DNA of 64,000 bases from Planctomycetales bacterium (GTDB lineage Bacteria; 4484-113), in contig JBBIRS010000003.1 in assembly GCA_037441675.1 (NCBI GenBank), positions 1 through 64,000 on the forward strand, written 5' to 3'. The notes below the pieces were generated by a model. It did no database searches and was not told the DNA's origin. It saw nothing but the letters and a program-made list of their open reading frames with translations. The position numbers and the translations under genes were made by a program. This document shows positions 1 to 10,114 of this stretch, piece after piece. The first letter of the stretch is position 1. Each line of letters starts with the position of its first letter.

Positions 1-1827
1 CCTAAGTACTCCTATGAACAATTTTCGGCGGTTAGAAATTACGCCGATCTCAGTTTTAGTCCGGACGGCAAATGGGTAGCTTACATAACAAATGCAAGTG
101 GGCAGATGAATCTTTGGAAACAGAGGATTCATCTTGGACGTGGGAAGATGCCCCTTGCGCCAATTCAGTTGACCGCCTTTACCGAGCAGGTCGCGAGAAG
201 ATGCGTTTTTAATCCGAAGGGGAAGAGGATTTTGATAAACGCAGATTTTCAAGGAAATGAGCGACATCAGATATACGAGGTTCCTGCGGAGAATGGCTGG
301 CACTATCCCATCGTGGAAAATTTTGAAAAACGCTACATACTTGGGGATAAACCGTTCAGTTCCGACTCGCGCTATCTCGCTTTCTTATCGGACGAGTGAA
401 GTGCCGAAGACCTTGATGTCCTTGTTCGCGATTTGAAGACAGGAAGGACTAGGACTGTTATCTCTGGTGACGCCAATTATTTTGCGGTATCATTCTCTCC
501 GGATGGGAAGTATCTTCTAGTTTACCGTTGGAATTCTAATACGGATTCTGACATCTTTCTTTGCGAATTAAGTAATGGCAAGATAATGCATCTCACTCCC
601 CATACCGGTGAAATCCTTTATTTGCCAGTCGCATTTGTGCCAGATGGGAAGGGCTTATATCTACTTACGGACAAGGATAGGGAGTTCACCGCGTTATGCG
701 CTATGGATTTTAATAGTGGTAGCATCACTTTTCTAAGAACACACGAGTGGAACATTGAAGGAGCTGATGCATCAAAGGATGGAAGATTTATCGCTTACTC
801 AGTGAATGAGGATGGATATTCTCGGCTCTTTGTAATTGATAATCTTAACGGTAAAGAGAGGAGCTTTGATGATATTCCGAAAGGAGTTTACGCCAATCTA
901 ACATTTAGTCCTAATGAGCCATTACTCTCTTTCTACATTACGAGGCCTACACGCCCCGCGGAGCTCTATTTGCTCAACGTGGTGAGCGGCAAGTTCTGGA
1001 AACTTACCCAGAGTTACCTTGGCGGGGTTCCGGAAGAAGAAATGGTTGAGCCCGAGCTTGTCCGATATAAGACCCACGATGGTAAGATGATACCCGCTTT
1101 TCTTTACAAGCCAAAGGATTTGGGTATGGGGCAAAAGGCGCCTGTGGTTCTCTCAATTCACGGCGGTCCTGAGGCACAGGAGCGCGTGGGCTATGCCTAT
1201 AACGGCTTTTACCAGTATCTATTAAATCGCGGAATTGGCATTCTTGCGCCGAACGTTCGCGGTTCTACCGGTTACGGCAAGTCCTATCAGAAGTTAATCC
1301 ACCGCGATTGGGGCGGAGCGGAACTTAAGGATTTTGAGTTTGCGGTTAAGTATCTGCATAGCCTTTCCTGGGTTGAGCCTAAACGAATCGGCGTTTTCGG
1401 AGGCTCTTTTGGCGGATTTGCCACGCTCTCATGCGTCAGCCGTCTTCCCGATTACTGGGCATGCGCTGTGGATATCGTTGGTCCTTCAAATCTCATCACT
1501 TTTACGAACTCTGTTCCTGAGTTCTGGAAGCGCTATATGAAGGAGTGGGTGGGCGATCCGGTGGAAGATGCTGAGATGCTTAAGGAGCGAAGCCCCATAA
1601 ATTACGTTGACAACATCAAGGCGCCAATTTTAATCATTCAAGGCGCTAACGACCCGCGCGTGGTGAAGGCGGAATCTGATCAGATGGTGGAGAGACTCCG
1701 CGCGCTGGGGCGCACCGTGGAGTATATGGTTTTTGAAGATGAGGGGCACGGTTTCACCAAGCCCGCAAATTACCTAAAAGCACTGAAAGCCTCGGCGCTT
1801 TGGCTTGAAAAGCACCTGCTGAACTGA
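1..1827 (+). pseudogene. S9 family serine peptidase (acylaminoacyl/dipeptidyl peptidase-like; beta-propeller + alpha/beta hydrolase) interrupted by one in-frame TGA at 397-399; start lies just before the window
   Basis: Frame 1 is open from base 1 (PKYSYEQFSAVRNYADLSFSPDGKWVAY...). ORFs 106-399 and 433-1827 are in the same frame and join as LAFLSDE*SAEDLDVLVRDLKTG. Catalytic motifs HGGP, GGSFGG, NDPRV and EGHGF are intact. Confidence 0.8.
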
Positions 1828-1837
1828 TACATTCTTT

Positions 1838-3973
1838 TTGTTATCTTTTCAGGGATTTTCAATGAGAATAAAATTAAAATGCTTTGGAGTTTGCTTTGCA
1901 ACTGCATCAGCTCTTGTGGGGTTATTGGCAAGCTTTACAAGTTTTGGAGGGAGTTTTCCCTTGCCACCTGAGTCAAAACGGGAAGAGTTCGTTGAGAGTA
2001 TTCACGGTGAGATAATTACTGACCCATACCGCTGGTTGGAGGAGAGCAAAAGTCAGGAGACTCGGGAGTGGATTGACAAGCAGAATGAGTACTTTAGAAG
2101 CTTTCTCTCCAAAATCCCTGGGCGCGAAAGCATCAAGGCGCGAATTTCGGAGTTGAGAAGAGTTGATTCCGTCGGAATTCCGACGGAACGGGGCGGGCGC
2201 TACTTCTTCTCCAAGCTCCTAGCGGAGGATGAGCTTTCTAAAATCTACTATCGGGAGGGCTTAGATGGCGAAGATAAGCTTCTCCTTGAGCCTTTCTCGT
2301 TTGCGGAGGATGGTTCAATCAACGTGGGATTGGAGGCTATATCAAAGGATGGCGAGTTGATCGCCTATAGCCTGCGCATTGGTGGAGCGGACGAGGTGGA
2401 AGTTAGATTGATGAACGTTTCTACCGGCGAGGACTTGAAGGACGTTTTCCCGAATATGCACTTCTCTGAAATATACTTCACGCCTGACAAAAAGGCTATG
2501 TATTACACGAATCATCTAAAAGAAGGTCCGCGAGTTTTCTATCACGTTCTTGGGAACGATCCGAAGGATGATGAGCTTATCTTCGGCGGTGAGTATGGAA
2601 GCGAGCAATTCATTAGCATTTATTTGACTGATGATGGGAACTACCTCTTGGCGAGCGTTGGCTATGGCTGGAGTAAAAATGACCTATTCTTGTGCGAGCT
2701 GAGAAAGGATAAGGGGTTTAAGCCGGTTGTTACCGAGCGGGATGCGACATTTGAGGGTTACATCGGCGGGGAGAATTTGTACATTCTGACCAATTATATG
2801 GCGTCGAGGCGTAGGGTTTGCGTAGCTCCACTTGCCTCGCCAGAAATTGAAAACTGGAGGGAGATTATTCCAGAGGGCGAGGACACGCTTGAGTCTATCT
2901 CCCTTGTTGGCGGGCGAATTTATGGGGTTTACATGCATAACGCAACGAAAATTCTTCGGGAATTTTCATCTGAGGGTGAGTTTCTGCGGGATGTTCCGCT
3001 CCCCGCGCTTGGTTCAGTTGCGGGAATGCACGGCAGGTGGGATTCAAAAGAGGGCTTCTTTAGTTTTTCCTCTTTCCATACTCCACCAACGATTTATCGC
3101 TACGAGGTTGCGTCAGGGGAGTTTCACGTGTGGTTCAAGCAGGAGGTGCCCTTTGACGCGGATAAGTTTGAGGAGAAGCAGGTGTGGTTCAACTCAAAGG
3201 ACGGAACGCGGGTGCCAATGTTTGTCGTTCATAAGAAGGGCATCAACCTGGATGGCAACAATCCGACGCTACTTACAGGTTATGGGGGATTTAACGGAAG
3301 TATCACGCCATACTTTCTCGGAGCGAACGCACTTTGGCTTGAAAGGGCGGGAGTATTCGCTACGCCAAATCTTCGCGGGGGTGGCGAGTTTGGCGAGGAG
3401 TGGCATAGAGCGGGAATGCTAGATAAGAAGCAGAACGTCTTTGACGATTTTATCTCGGCGGCGGAGTGGCTGATTGAAGAGGGCTATACGAATCCGCAGA
3501 AACTTGCGATAGTCGGCGGAAGTAACGGCGGGCTTTTGGTGGGCGCGGCGCTTACACAGCGACCGGAGCTTTTCCGCGCGGTTGTATGCACATATCCGCT
3601 GTTGGATATGCTGCGCTATCACAAGTTTCTCGTGGGCGCGCTCTGGGTCCCTGAATACGGCAACCCGGAGGAGCTTGAGGACTTTAAGTATCTGCGGGCT
3701 TATTCGCCATACCACAACGTGAAGGAGGGGGTGGAGTATCCCGCGGTTCTTTTCGTCACGGGGGATTTTGACACTCGCGTTGACCCAATGCACGCGAGGA
3801 AGATGACCGCGCTACTCCAATGGGCGAGCGCGTCCAATCCTAAGGAGAAGCCCATTATTCTCTCCTATGACACGAAGGCGGGTCACTCCGGCGGCCTCAT
3901 GATGAGCGAATGGGTTGAGCGAGAGACGGACGAATTTCTATTTCTCTTTTGGCAGTTGGGGCTCGCGGAGTGA
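1838..3973 (+). CDS. Prolyl oligopeptidase (S9A) with N-terminal signal peptide; start may be ATG 1862
   Basis: DPYRWLE, YGGFN, NLRGGGEFGEEWH, GGSNGG nucleophile motif, DTRV, AGH; hydrophobic N-terminus. Confidence 0.93.
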   Translation: MLSFQGFSMRIKLKCFGVCFATASALVGLLASFTSFGGSFPLPPESKREEFVESIHGEIITDPYRWLEESKSQETREWIDKQNEYFRSFLSKIPGRESIKARISELRRVDSVGIPTERGGRYFFSKLLAEDELSKIYYREGLDGEDKLLLEPFSFAEDGSINVGLEAISKDGELIAYSLRIGGADEVEVRLMNVSTGEDLKDVFPNMHFSEIYFTPDKKAMYYTNHLKEGPRVFYHVLGNDPKDDELIFGGEYGSEQFISIYLTDDGNYLLASVGYGWSKNDLFLCELRKDKGFKPVVTERDATFEGYIGGENLYILTNYMASRRRVCVAPLASPEIENWREIIPEGEDTLESISLVGGRIYGVYMHNATKILREFSSEGEFLRDVPLPALGSVAGMHGRWDSKEGFFSFSSFHTPPTIYRYEVASGEFHVWFKQEVPFDADKFEEKQVWFNSKDGTRVPMFVVHKKGINLDGNNPTLLTGYGGFNGSITPYFLGANALWLERAGVFATPNLRGGGEFGEEWHRAGMLDKKQNVFDDFISAAEWLIEEGYTNPQKLAIVGGSNGGLLVGAALTQRPELFRAVVCTYPLLDMLRYHKFLVGALWVPEYGNPEELEDFKYLRAYSPYHNVKEGVEYPAVLFVTGDFDTRVDPMHARKMTALLQWASASNPKEKPIILSYDTKAGHSGGLMMSEWVERETDEFLFLFWQLGLAE

Positions 3974-4232
3974 GCCTCCTTAGAGTTCGGTCAGAAAAAC
4001 TAAGTTAACGTGGCTTCAATCGGGCTGGTAAAAGCTGTAAGATGCTATCATTAAAATCCTTCCTTAAGGATGCGGCAAACACTTCATACCTGCACCTTAG
4101 GCCTTTAGGTCCAAAATGCAGTTTGGTTGACGTGAGAATATCCAGGTACGCTGATTCAAGGGAAACGTATTTACGTTGTTTCACGTATCGTCCATCCTAA
4201 AAATCCTCACTCTAACCAGGTGAAAACCACTC

Positions 4233-4896
4233 TTATACAAGTTGAATAACAGAAACTAGACAGCAAACTGTCGAAATCAAAGATTGAACCTTATCCTTCT
4301 TCATTTGTCGGCTCTGCAATTCATCTACGTGTTCTTTTACAAACCTCATGAAGGTATCGAAAATATGCGCGATAAATATATGGTTAATCGCTAGAATGAC
4401 TTCCGCAAATTTGATTGGAAGAATATGTTCAAGCCTTTTTTGTCGATCCTTATCGCCGCTAACAATCCTTATAAAATCTCCTCCTATGGTACGCTTTTCA
4501 CCTGGTAACTGCCATATGCTGAGGGACGTAGATGCCTAGGGCACCCTTAAACCATTCTTAGTTCGAATAATTCGTCAGCAACTCTTTATCTATGGCTGAC
4601 AAGCGGTTTTCATTTATTAATTCCCGTCTTAGAGTCAGGATACTCCTCACACTTAGGTCGTCAACATTCCTTTGGTTTATCCTCACCCTTTTACCTTTCA
4701 AGTACGTATGTAAGTTATTGGTAATGGCAAGTAAGCCCAGACGCAATGCCAATCCAATTGCGGACACAAACAGCACAAAAGTTTTGAACAGATATCCTTT
4801 TTCTGCTAGTAAACGAGCGGCATCTAGAGTAAGCGATACGGTTGCGTTGGAGTTCAGTATTTCTGCGACAACGTGTTTAACTTTTTCATCGCTCAC
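4233..4896 (-). pseudogene. Degraded hypothetical gene; ORF 4558-4896 appears to continue in another frame to about 4233
   Basis: A second minus-strand frame is open from about 4537 to 4233 (..PGEKRTIGGDFIRIVSGDKDRQKRLEHILPIKFAEVILAINHIF..) just after the first ORF stops. No family recognised with confidence. Confidence 0.35.
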
Positions 4897-5147
4897 GATG
4901 ATTGGAGGTGGGGAGGATAACTAGCTTAGTATTCTCCTTCTACACTCGAACCAGTTCTTCGTGAGGACTTCTGAGTATTGGTCGATTAAGTACTTACCGA
5001 GCTTCTAGTGATGCAGGAACTAAGGCAGAAATAGTAGTATTCAGTGTTTGCTACTTGTATAATTCTTTAGTATGAGCTATAAGGTAAACGTATTGATTGA
5101 AAATGATAAGAACGTCGTTAGTATGCAAGTTCACAAATGGGAACTCA

Positions 5148-5172
5148 GGGGTACAAGTCCCCGCCCTATAGG
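5148..5172. repeat. Degenerate REP-like repeat
   Basis: ggggtacaagtccccgccctatagg resembles copies at 57395, 59097 and 26803. Confidence 0.45.
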
Positions 5173-5201
5173 ATTTCATTAAGCAATTGAAGTTATAATT
5201 T

Positions 5202-6137
5202 ATGAGGAGAGTAAACAAAATGAGAGGAATCAAGGGAGGATTGCTGTTTCTCTTTAGCCTAGCGATAATAGTAACGTCTTTGCCTTCCAAAATTTCCGCA
5301 ACTGTCGTTTACCAAAGGGATTCTCTATACTCCCACATTCGCGTTGAAGATAGCGGGGGAATTAGGACGCTATGGTTTAACAACTGCCCGCAGAGCACGA
5401 TGTATGTTAACGATCCAAGCTCTGGCGCGCTTGAGTATACGGAATTCTTTCACTCCGCCTTGGCAATCAAACCCAGCTTGAGAAGGGTTCTTGTTCTTGG
5501 GCTCGGTGGTGGCTCCACGCAAAAAGCTTTCCTTAATAGGTATCCAGATGTTAGCGTTACAACTGTGGAAATTGATCCGGTTGTTGTTGAAGTGGCAAAG
5601 AAGTTCTTCTATGTCCCGGAAAGTCCTCGCCATAAGATTGTTATTGAGGATGCGAGAAGATACTTAAGTAGATCTGGCGGAGGATTTGACGCAATTCTCA
5701 TTGACGCATACCTTGCTGATTATTACGGCGCTTATGTTCCATTTCACCTTGCTACTAAAGAGTTTTTTCAACTCGTGAGCAAAAACTTAAGTGATGGGGG
5801 CGTCGTTGCTTACAATGTAACAGCGCAGATTAACGGCTGGAACTCTAGCTCTCTTTCAGCTATTTATAAGACAATGAGCAGTGTTTTTGGGCAGATGTAC
5901 CTCTTTCCCGCAAGAAGGCTGATGAACGTTGTCGTGGTGGGCGCAAAGGATGGACGAATTCCATCAATGGAAAGACTAAGAGCCAATGCGAGGGAGGTTG
6001 ATAGATACTACGGAAGATTACCTGTTAGCATAAGCTCGGTAATTGCTTACGCTCAAAGCTCCACCTTGGATTTGAGCGTAGCACCACTCTTAACTGATAA
6101 TTACGCGCCGGTGGAGTTGCTTCCACTATTTAGGTAG
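5202..6137 (+). CDS. Spermidine-synthase-like SAM-dependent transferase domain (C-terminal half of the 'fused MFS/spermidine synthase' family) with signal peptide/TM; start may be ATG 5220
   Basis: SLYSHIRV, QSTM, VLVLGLGGGS, VEIDPVVVEVA, EDAR, DAILIDAY, HLATKEFF, LLTDNYAPVE. Confidence 0.85.
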   Translation: MRRVNKMRGIKGGLLFLFSLAIIVTSLPSKISATVVYQRDSLYSHIRVEDSGGIRTLWFNNCPQSTMYVNDPSSGALEYTEFFHSALAIKPSLRRVLVLGLGGGSTQKAFLNRYPDVSVTTVEIDPVVVEVAKKFFYVPESPRHKIVIEDARRYLSRSGGGFDAILIDAYLADYYGAYVPFHLATKEFFQLVSKNLSDGGVVAYNVTAQINGWNSSSLSAIYKTMSSVFGQMYLFPARRLMNVVVVGAKDGRIPSMERLRANAREVDRYYGRLPVSISSVIAYAQSSTLDLSVAPLLTDNYAPVELLPLFR

Positions 6138-6192
6138 TGCAGGTAATGCTGGTGAAGGATTAGTGAAGGAGGGACGTTGATTCTCTAAAAGC

Positions 6193-6783
6193 TCAAAGGC
6201 GGTGCCAGCTTTTTCGCCTAGGTTGTATTAATACTACTAGTGAGATGGTTAAAAGAACGCCTGCGGTCAGGTATAGACTATATTTGACTGGGTAAAGGAG
6301 AATTAGCAGGGGGACCGCGAAGGTGCCTAGGATACTTCCAAGATTTGAGATTGCATAAATTTTGCCAGCAACCTTTCCTATATCTTCAATCCTTCGCGCC
6401 TCAAGGCGAATAACAATTGGCGATGTCATTGCCAAAACACAGGAAGGAAGCGAGAAAAGGATAAAGGTTGCAAGGATTGGGGTGAGCCATTTGTTTAGCT
6501 CTGAGTACGATATGGAAAATGCGAGGGGAAATGAGAGGAGAGCGGAGGTTGAGATAAGAACTGCGCTACCGAAAAGCACGATTGATAGCGTGAGTCTTGT
6601 GGGAAATCGGTCAGCAATCCAACCGCCGGCAAAGTAACCAACCGACATAGAGAGTAAAAAAACGCCAATAACAGAAGAGAGAACAATAATGGAAGAGCCA
6701 AAGGCTGGCGTAAGAAGCCTTAGACCAAGTAGTTCAAGGATTAGGAGAGCGGAACCGGAAATAAAAGCTGAAATCCTTGCCAT
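6193..6783 (-). CDS. Multi-pass membrane protein equal to the N-terminal membrane half of the 'fused MFS/spermidine synthase' family
   Basis: AFISGSALLILELLGLRLLTPAFGSS, MSVGYFAGGWIADR, AGKIYAISNLGSILGTF; about 6 TM helices. Confidence 0.85.
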   Translation of the reverse strand: MARISAFISGSALLILELLGLRLLTPAFGSSIIVLSSVIGVFLLSMSVGYFAGGWIADRFPTRLTLSIVLFGSAVLISTSALLSFPLAFSISYSELNKWLTPILATFILFSLPSCVLAMTSPIVIRLEARRIEDIGKVAGKIYAISNLGSILGTFAVPLLILLYPVKYSLYLTAGVLLTISLVVLIQPRRKSWHRL

Positions 6784-6856
6784 TGTGTTTCATTGTAACA
6801 TCAAGAAATTTCTTTGGCGCAACTGCGCTCATTCGTCATTTCCATCAGTTCATTAG

Positions 6857-6893
6857 GGGGGACCCTTCAGGATAAATCCGCCCTACAGGTGAA
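6857..6893. repeat. REP-like repeat
   Basis: cccttcaggataaatccgccctacagg matches the copies at 30240 and 57408 (cccttcagggtgaacccgtcctacagg). Confidence 0.6.
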
Positions 6894-6972
6894 CTTTGCG
6901 GAAAGTTTTTTTCTGCAGATCTTCTCTCTTATGCTATGATTGCTACACATTTCTTTATGCAGGAGGAAGACT

Positions 6973-7331
6973 CTGGCTTTTAATTCTATCTGTCATATTT
7001 AGTGGGGCGTAACGGATTTTGAGCGCACCAAGGAATTTTTTAGAGGGCTCTTCGGAGGGGAGTTTCAGGCTTAAGGAGATGATCATCTACCCTTCAGGGA
7101 GGATGAGGGGTAAGCGGAGGATTTATGAAGGTTCCCGAGGTGAAGGAAAAATGCTTGCCACTTGTGCATTTTTGGGTTGAGGAAATTGAGGATTACTTGT
7201 AGAAGGGCGCGGAACTTGGAGGTTCCCTTCATACCGGAAAGACCGAAATTCCACAGGCCTGCTAGTTCGCCATCCTGAGGGAACCCTTCGGAAATCTTCT
7301 GAGGCCTTACCAGAGCTTGACTGAGGATTAA
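6973..7331 (+). pseudogene. VOC/glyoxalase family pseudogene (start mutated to CTG, several stops, one frameshift)
   Basis: After the AGGAGG RBS it reads xAFNSICHI*WGVTDFERTKEFFRGLFG...GGFMKV...LVHFWVEEIEDYL*KGAELGGSLHTGKTEIP..FAILREPFGN, a recognisable VOC fold pattern. Confidence 0.8.
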
Positions 7332-7463
7332 GTCGCTTCATTGCATTTTTGTATCAATATCATAGTAAACTCTAATGCGCAGTGAATGCGCTACGAAGTA
7401 TCCAAGTTGCTAGGGCTGGCAAGCAAACGCTTTTAGAAGTGATTGCCTGAAAGGAGGAGAAGT

Positions 7464-7871
7464 ATGCCAAAGAAGTTTCATACTATTGTGTTCTACGTTA
7501 GCGATTATGAAAAGTCGCTCTCATACCACCGTGATAAACTTGGCTTTGAGGTTGAATTTGAAGATAGGGAGCACGAGGCAGACAAAGAAATAGTTGCAAT
7601 GGTGCGCTATGGCTAGGCTCGCATCCTTCTTCACGTGATAAAGGCTTAAATCCCGATTACCTTCCACCGCCAGGCAGAAGCGGTCGCGATGATTATTGAT
7701 ATTGAACTTGACGATGTAGATTCCTATCACGCTGAAATTGTGGCAAAAGGGGTGGAAATCTCCTGCGAGCCCAAGGACGAACCCTTTGGCCAAAGAATGA
7801 TGTACCTTTACAACCATGATGGATATAACCTCTGCTCGTTCAACTCTTATAGTTTTACTGAGAAAGTCTAG
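7464..7871 (+). pseudogene. Second VOC/glyoxalase family pseudogene (internal TAG + frameshifts)
   Basis: AAGGAGG RBS, then MPKKFHTIVFYVSDYEKSLSYHRDKLGFEVEF...YG*ARILLH, then IELDDVDSYHAEIVAKGVEISCEPKDEPFGQRMMYLYNHDGY. Confidence 0.8.
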
Positions 7872-7972
7872 GCGAAGCCATTTTTCCATATTCCAAAGCT
7901 AGAGCGATTTAGGTTTTTTTGCGTAACTTCCGAGCGAGATTTTTTGGTCGGTGAAAAAGTTCAAATGGTAAT

Positions 7973-8018
7973 TTGACTGAGTATCAATATCCTGCTATAC
8001 TTACTCTTATTGCAATAA
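7973..8018 (+). promoter_or_regulatory. Sigma70 promoter TTGACT-N17-TATACT (TG-extended) with a perfect palindrome TTATTGCAATAA (8007-8018) at the start site
   Basis: Read directly; lies upstream of the chelatase/metal-transporter pair. Confidence 0.65.
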
Positions 8019-8060
8019 TTTAGTGAAAACCATCACATATGATATAAAGGAGTTTAACCA

Positions 8061-8582
8061 TTGAATTATGTTATCGTTTTAGCGGGGCATGGAATGCCTC
8101 CAAGTGATTTTCCAAAGCAGGAAGCGGGGGAGCTTTTTTCACTGCACGGGCGAATTGAAGCCGCTGAAGGCGCTGAGAAGGAGGAGCTTATCAAGCGCCA
8201 TGATGAGCTTCATCTCAAGATGCGACTATGGAAGAGAACGCCCGAAAATGACCCATTTCACTTCTCAACTCTCAAGATAGCGGAGCACCTGAACGTGCTG
8301 CTGAACGCGCCTCTTTTTGTTGGATACAACGAATTTTGCACGCCTTCGGTGGAGGAGGCGATTGATGAGGCGGTGAATATGCACGCGGATAGAGTTATCA
8401 TTTTCACTCCGATGTTAACCTCCGGCGGAGTTCACGCGGAGGTTGATATTCCACGCTCCCCTGAGAAGGCGCGAGAAAAATATCCTGATATCCCCATAGT
8501 TTATGCTTGGCCCTTTGAGGTTTCTCTTGTTGCCGAGTTCTTGGCTTCTCATAATAGAGGTGGAGATTGGAAAGAATTATGA
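8061..8582 (+). CDS. CbiX/SirB family class II chelatase-like protein
   Basis: VLAGHG, YNEFCTPSVEEAI, PMLTSGGVHAEVDIP; AAGGAG RBS before a TTG start. Confidence 0.8.
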   Translation: MNYVIVLAGHGMPPSDFPKQEAGELFSLHGRIEAAEGAEKEELIKRHDELHLKMRLWKRTPENDPFHFSTLKIAEHLNVLLNAPLFVGYNEFCTPSVEEAIDEAVNMHADRVIIFTPMLTSGGVHAEVDIPRSPEKAREKYPDIPIVYAWPFEVSLVAEFLASHNRGGDWKEL

Positions 8583-8687
8583 TCTGGCGCAAATTCCAAT
8601 CGGAGAATGGTTGCAGAGTGAGCGCTCATCTTTGGTTTGTGATTTGGGTGAGTAGGCAGAGGGATAATACTTTGAAAGGAATTTAAT

Positions 8688-9356
8688 GTGATTTACTCGT
8701 CACTAGGATTTTTGGCTGGTTTGGTGCACACACTTTCGGGACCAGACCATTTAAGCGCAGTCGCACCGCTATCAGTTGAGAATCGCAAACGCGCCTGGGA
8801 AATTGGATTTTCCTGGGGACTTGGGCATAGCACTGGCCTTGTGATAGTCGCGCTTTTAGTTTTCCTTTTGAGGAACAGCGGGATTCCAAAACTTCTCTCT
8901 ATGTATAGCGAATGGCTTGTGGGCGTCATACTTATAGCTATCGGGCTAAGGAGCTTCCTAACAGTATTTCCAATTAGGATTCACAGCCATAAGCATACCC
9001 ATAACGATGAGACGCATGAGCATTTTCATTCCCACGTCTCTCCTAGAGAGAGGCACGAGGAGCTTATGCACACGCATACACACGCAATTTATGGAGTTGG
9101 CATTCTTCACGGGATATCGGGTGGTTCGCACTTCATTGCGGTAGTACCAGCGCTTGCATTGCCTACAACTGCGTCAGCGTTTGCCTATGTTGTTGGGTTC
9201 ATCGCCGGGACAATTATTGCAATGGTTGGATTTTCAACCGCGCTTGGAGCGCTTTCCACTCGTTTATCGCTAAGAAGAAGTCTCGCCTATAAGGCGCTTA
9301 TATTAGGTTCAGGCTTAACCGCGATTTTTGTTGGTGTTATCTGGTTAGTGCCTTAA
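8688..9356 (+). CDS. UreH/NiCoT-like nickel/cobalt permease with His-rich loop
   Basis: HTLSGPDHLSAV, WGLGHSTG, HSHKHTH...HEHFHSH, GILHGISG. Confidence 0.85.
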   Translation: MIYSSLGFLAGLVHTLSGPDHLSAVAPLSVENRKRAWEIGFSWGLGHSTGLVIVALLVFLLRNSGIPKLLSMYSEWLVGVILIAIGLRSFLTVFPIRIHSHKHTHNDETHEHFHSHVSPRERHEELMHTHTHAIYGVGILHGISGGSHFIAVVPALALPTTASAFAYVVGFIAGTIIAMVGFSTALGALSTRLSLRRSLAYKALILGSGLTAIFVGVIWLVP

Positions 9357-9474
9357 TAAGCCACGTCTCCCTCAGGATAAGAAGGGCTGATTGCTTCAGC
9401 TTGAGAGCTTATCAATAAATTGTATTCCTCGAGTTGTTGATTTCGAATGAAAGAGTAGGAAAATCAGGACTTGG

Positions 9475-9945
9475 CTAGCTTGATTTGATGAAGAGAAGGA
9501 GCTGAGTCAGTGCTTCTGAGACGGTAGCCTGCTGAATCTCATTTCTTGAGCCGAAGAATTGATACTTACCGACCTTGCATTCATTTGGGCTTGCATAACC
9601 AACGTAAACTAGCCCCACAGGTTTTTCATTAGTTCCGCCTTCGGGACCTGCAATTCCAGTAATGCCAATGGCGTAATCCGCTTGCAATTTTTGGCGGGCG
9701 CCTTCAGCCATCATCCGAGCAACCTCTTCGCTGACCGCGCCTTTCTCCGCGAGAATGCGCGGGTCAACGCCGAGCAGAACCTCCTTCGCATAGTTGGAGT
9801 AGGATATGACGCCACCCTTAAAGACTTCGCTTATGCCGGCAAATGCAACGAGCGTTGCGGAGAGAAGCCCACCGGTACAGCTTTCCGCGGTGGCGAGCCA
9901 CTTGCACTGCCTCTTCAGCTCTTGGTAGATTTGCTCTACCTTCAT
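9475..9945 (-). CDS. pncC: CinA C-terminal domain / NMN amidohydrolase (start probably MKVEQ at 9945)
   Basis: ATAESCTGG, YSN.AK..LLGV, GAVSEEVARMMAEG, TGIAGPEGG..EKPVGLV. Confidence 0.88.
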   Translation of the reverse strand: MKVEQIYQELKRQCKWLATAESCTGGLLSATLVAFAGISEVFKGGVISYSNYAKEVLLGVDPRILAEKGAVSEEVARMMAEGARQKLQADYAIGITGIAGPEGGTNEKPVGLVYVGYASPNECKVGKYQFFGSRNEIQQATVSEALTQLLLFIKSS

Positions 9946-10114
9946 CAAGTCCTCTTTTGGGAAAATTGCCATACCCCATATTGTAGCGGTTGACAATACT
10001 CACATATGAATCTCGGAAGTCCTCCTAAAAGAGTGGCATTTCATATAGCGGGTGGGGACAGGTTTTGAAAGTACAAGCCAATCTTTGCTCCTGATTGAGT
10101 ATTGAGAGGAAAAT

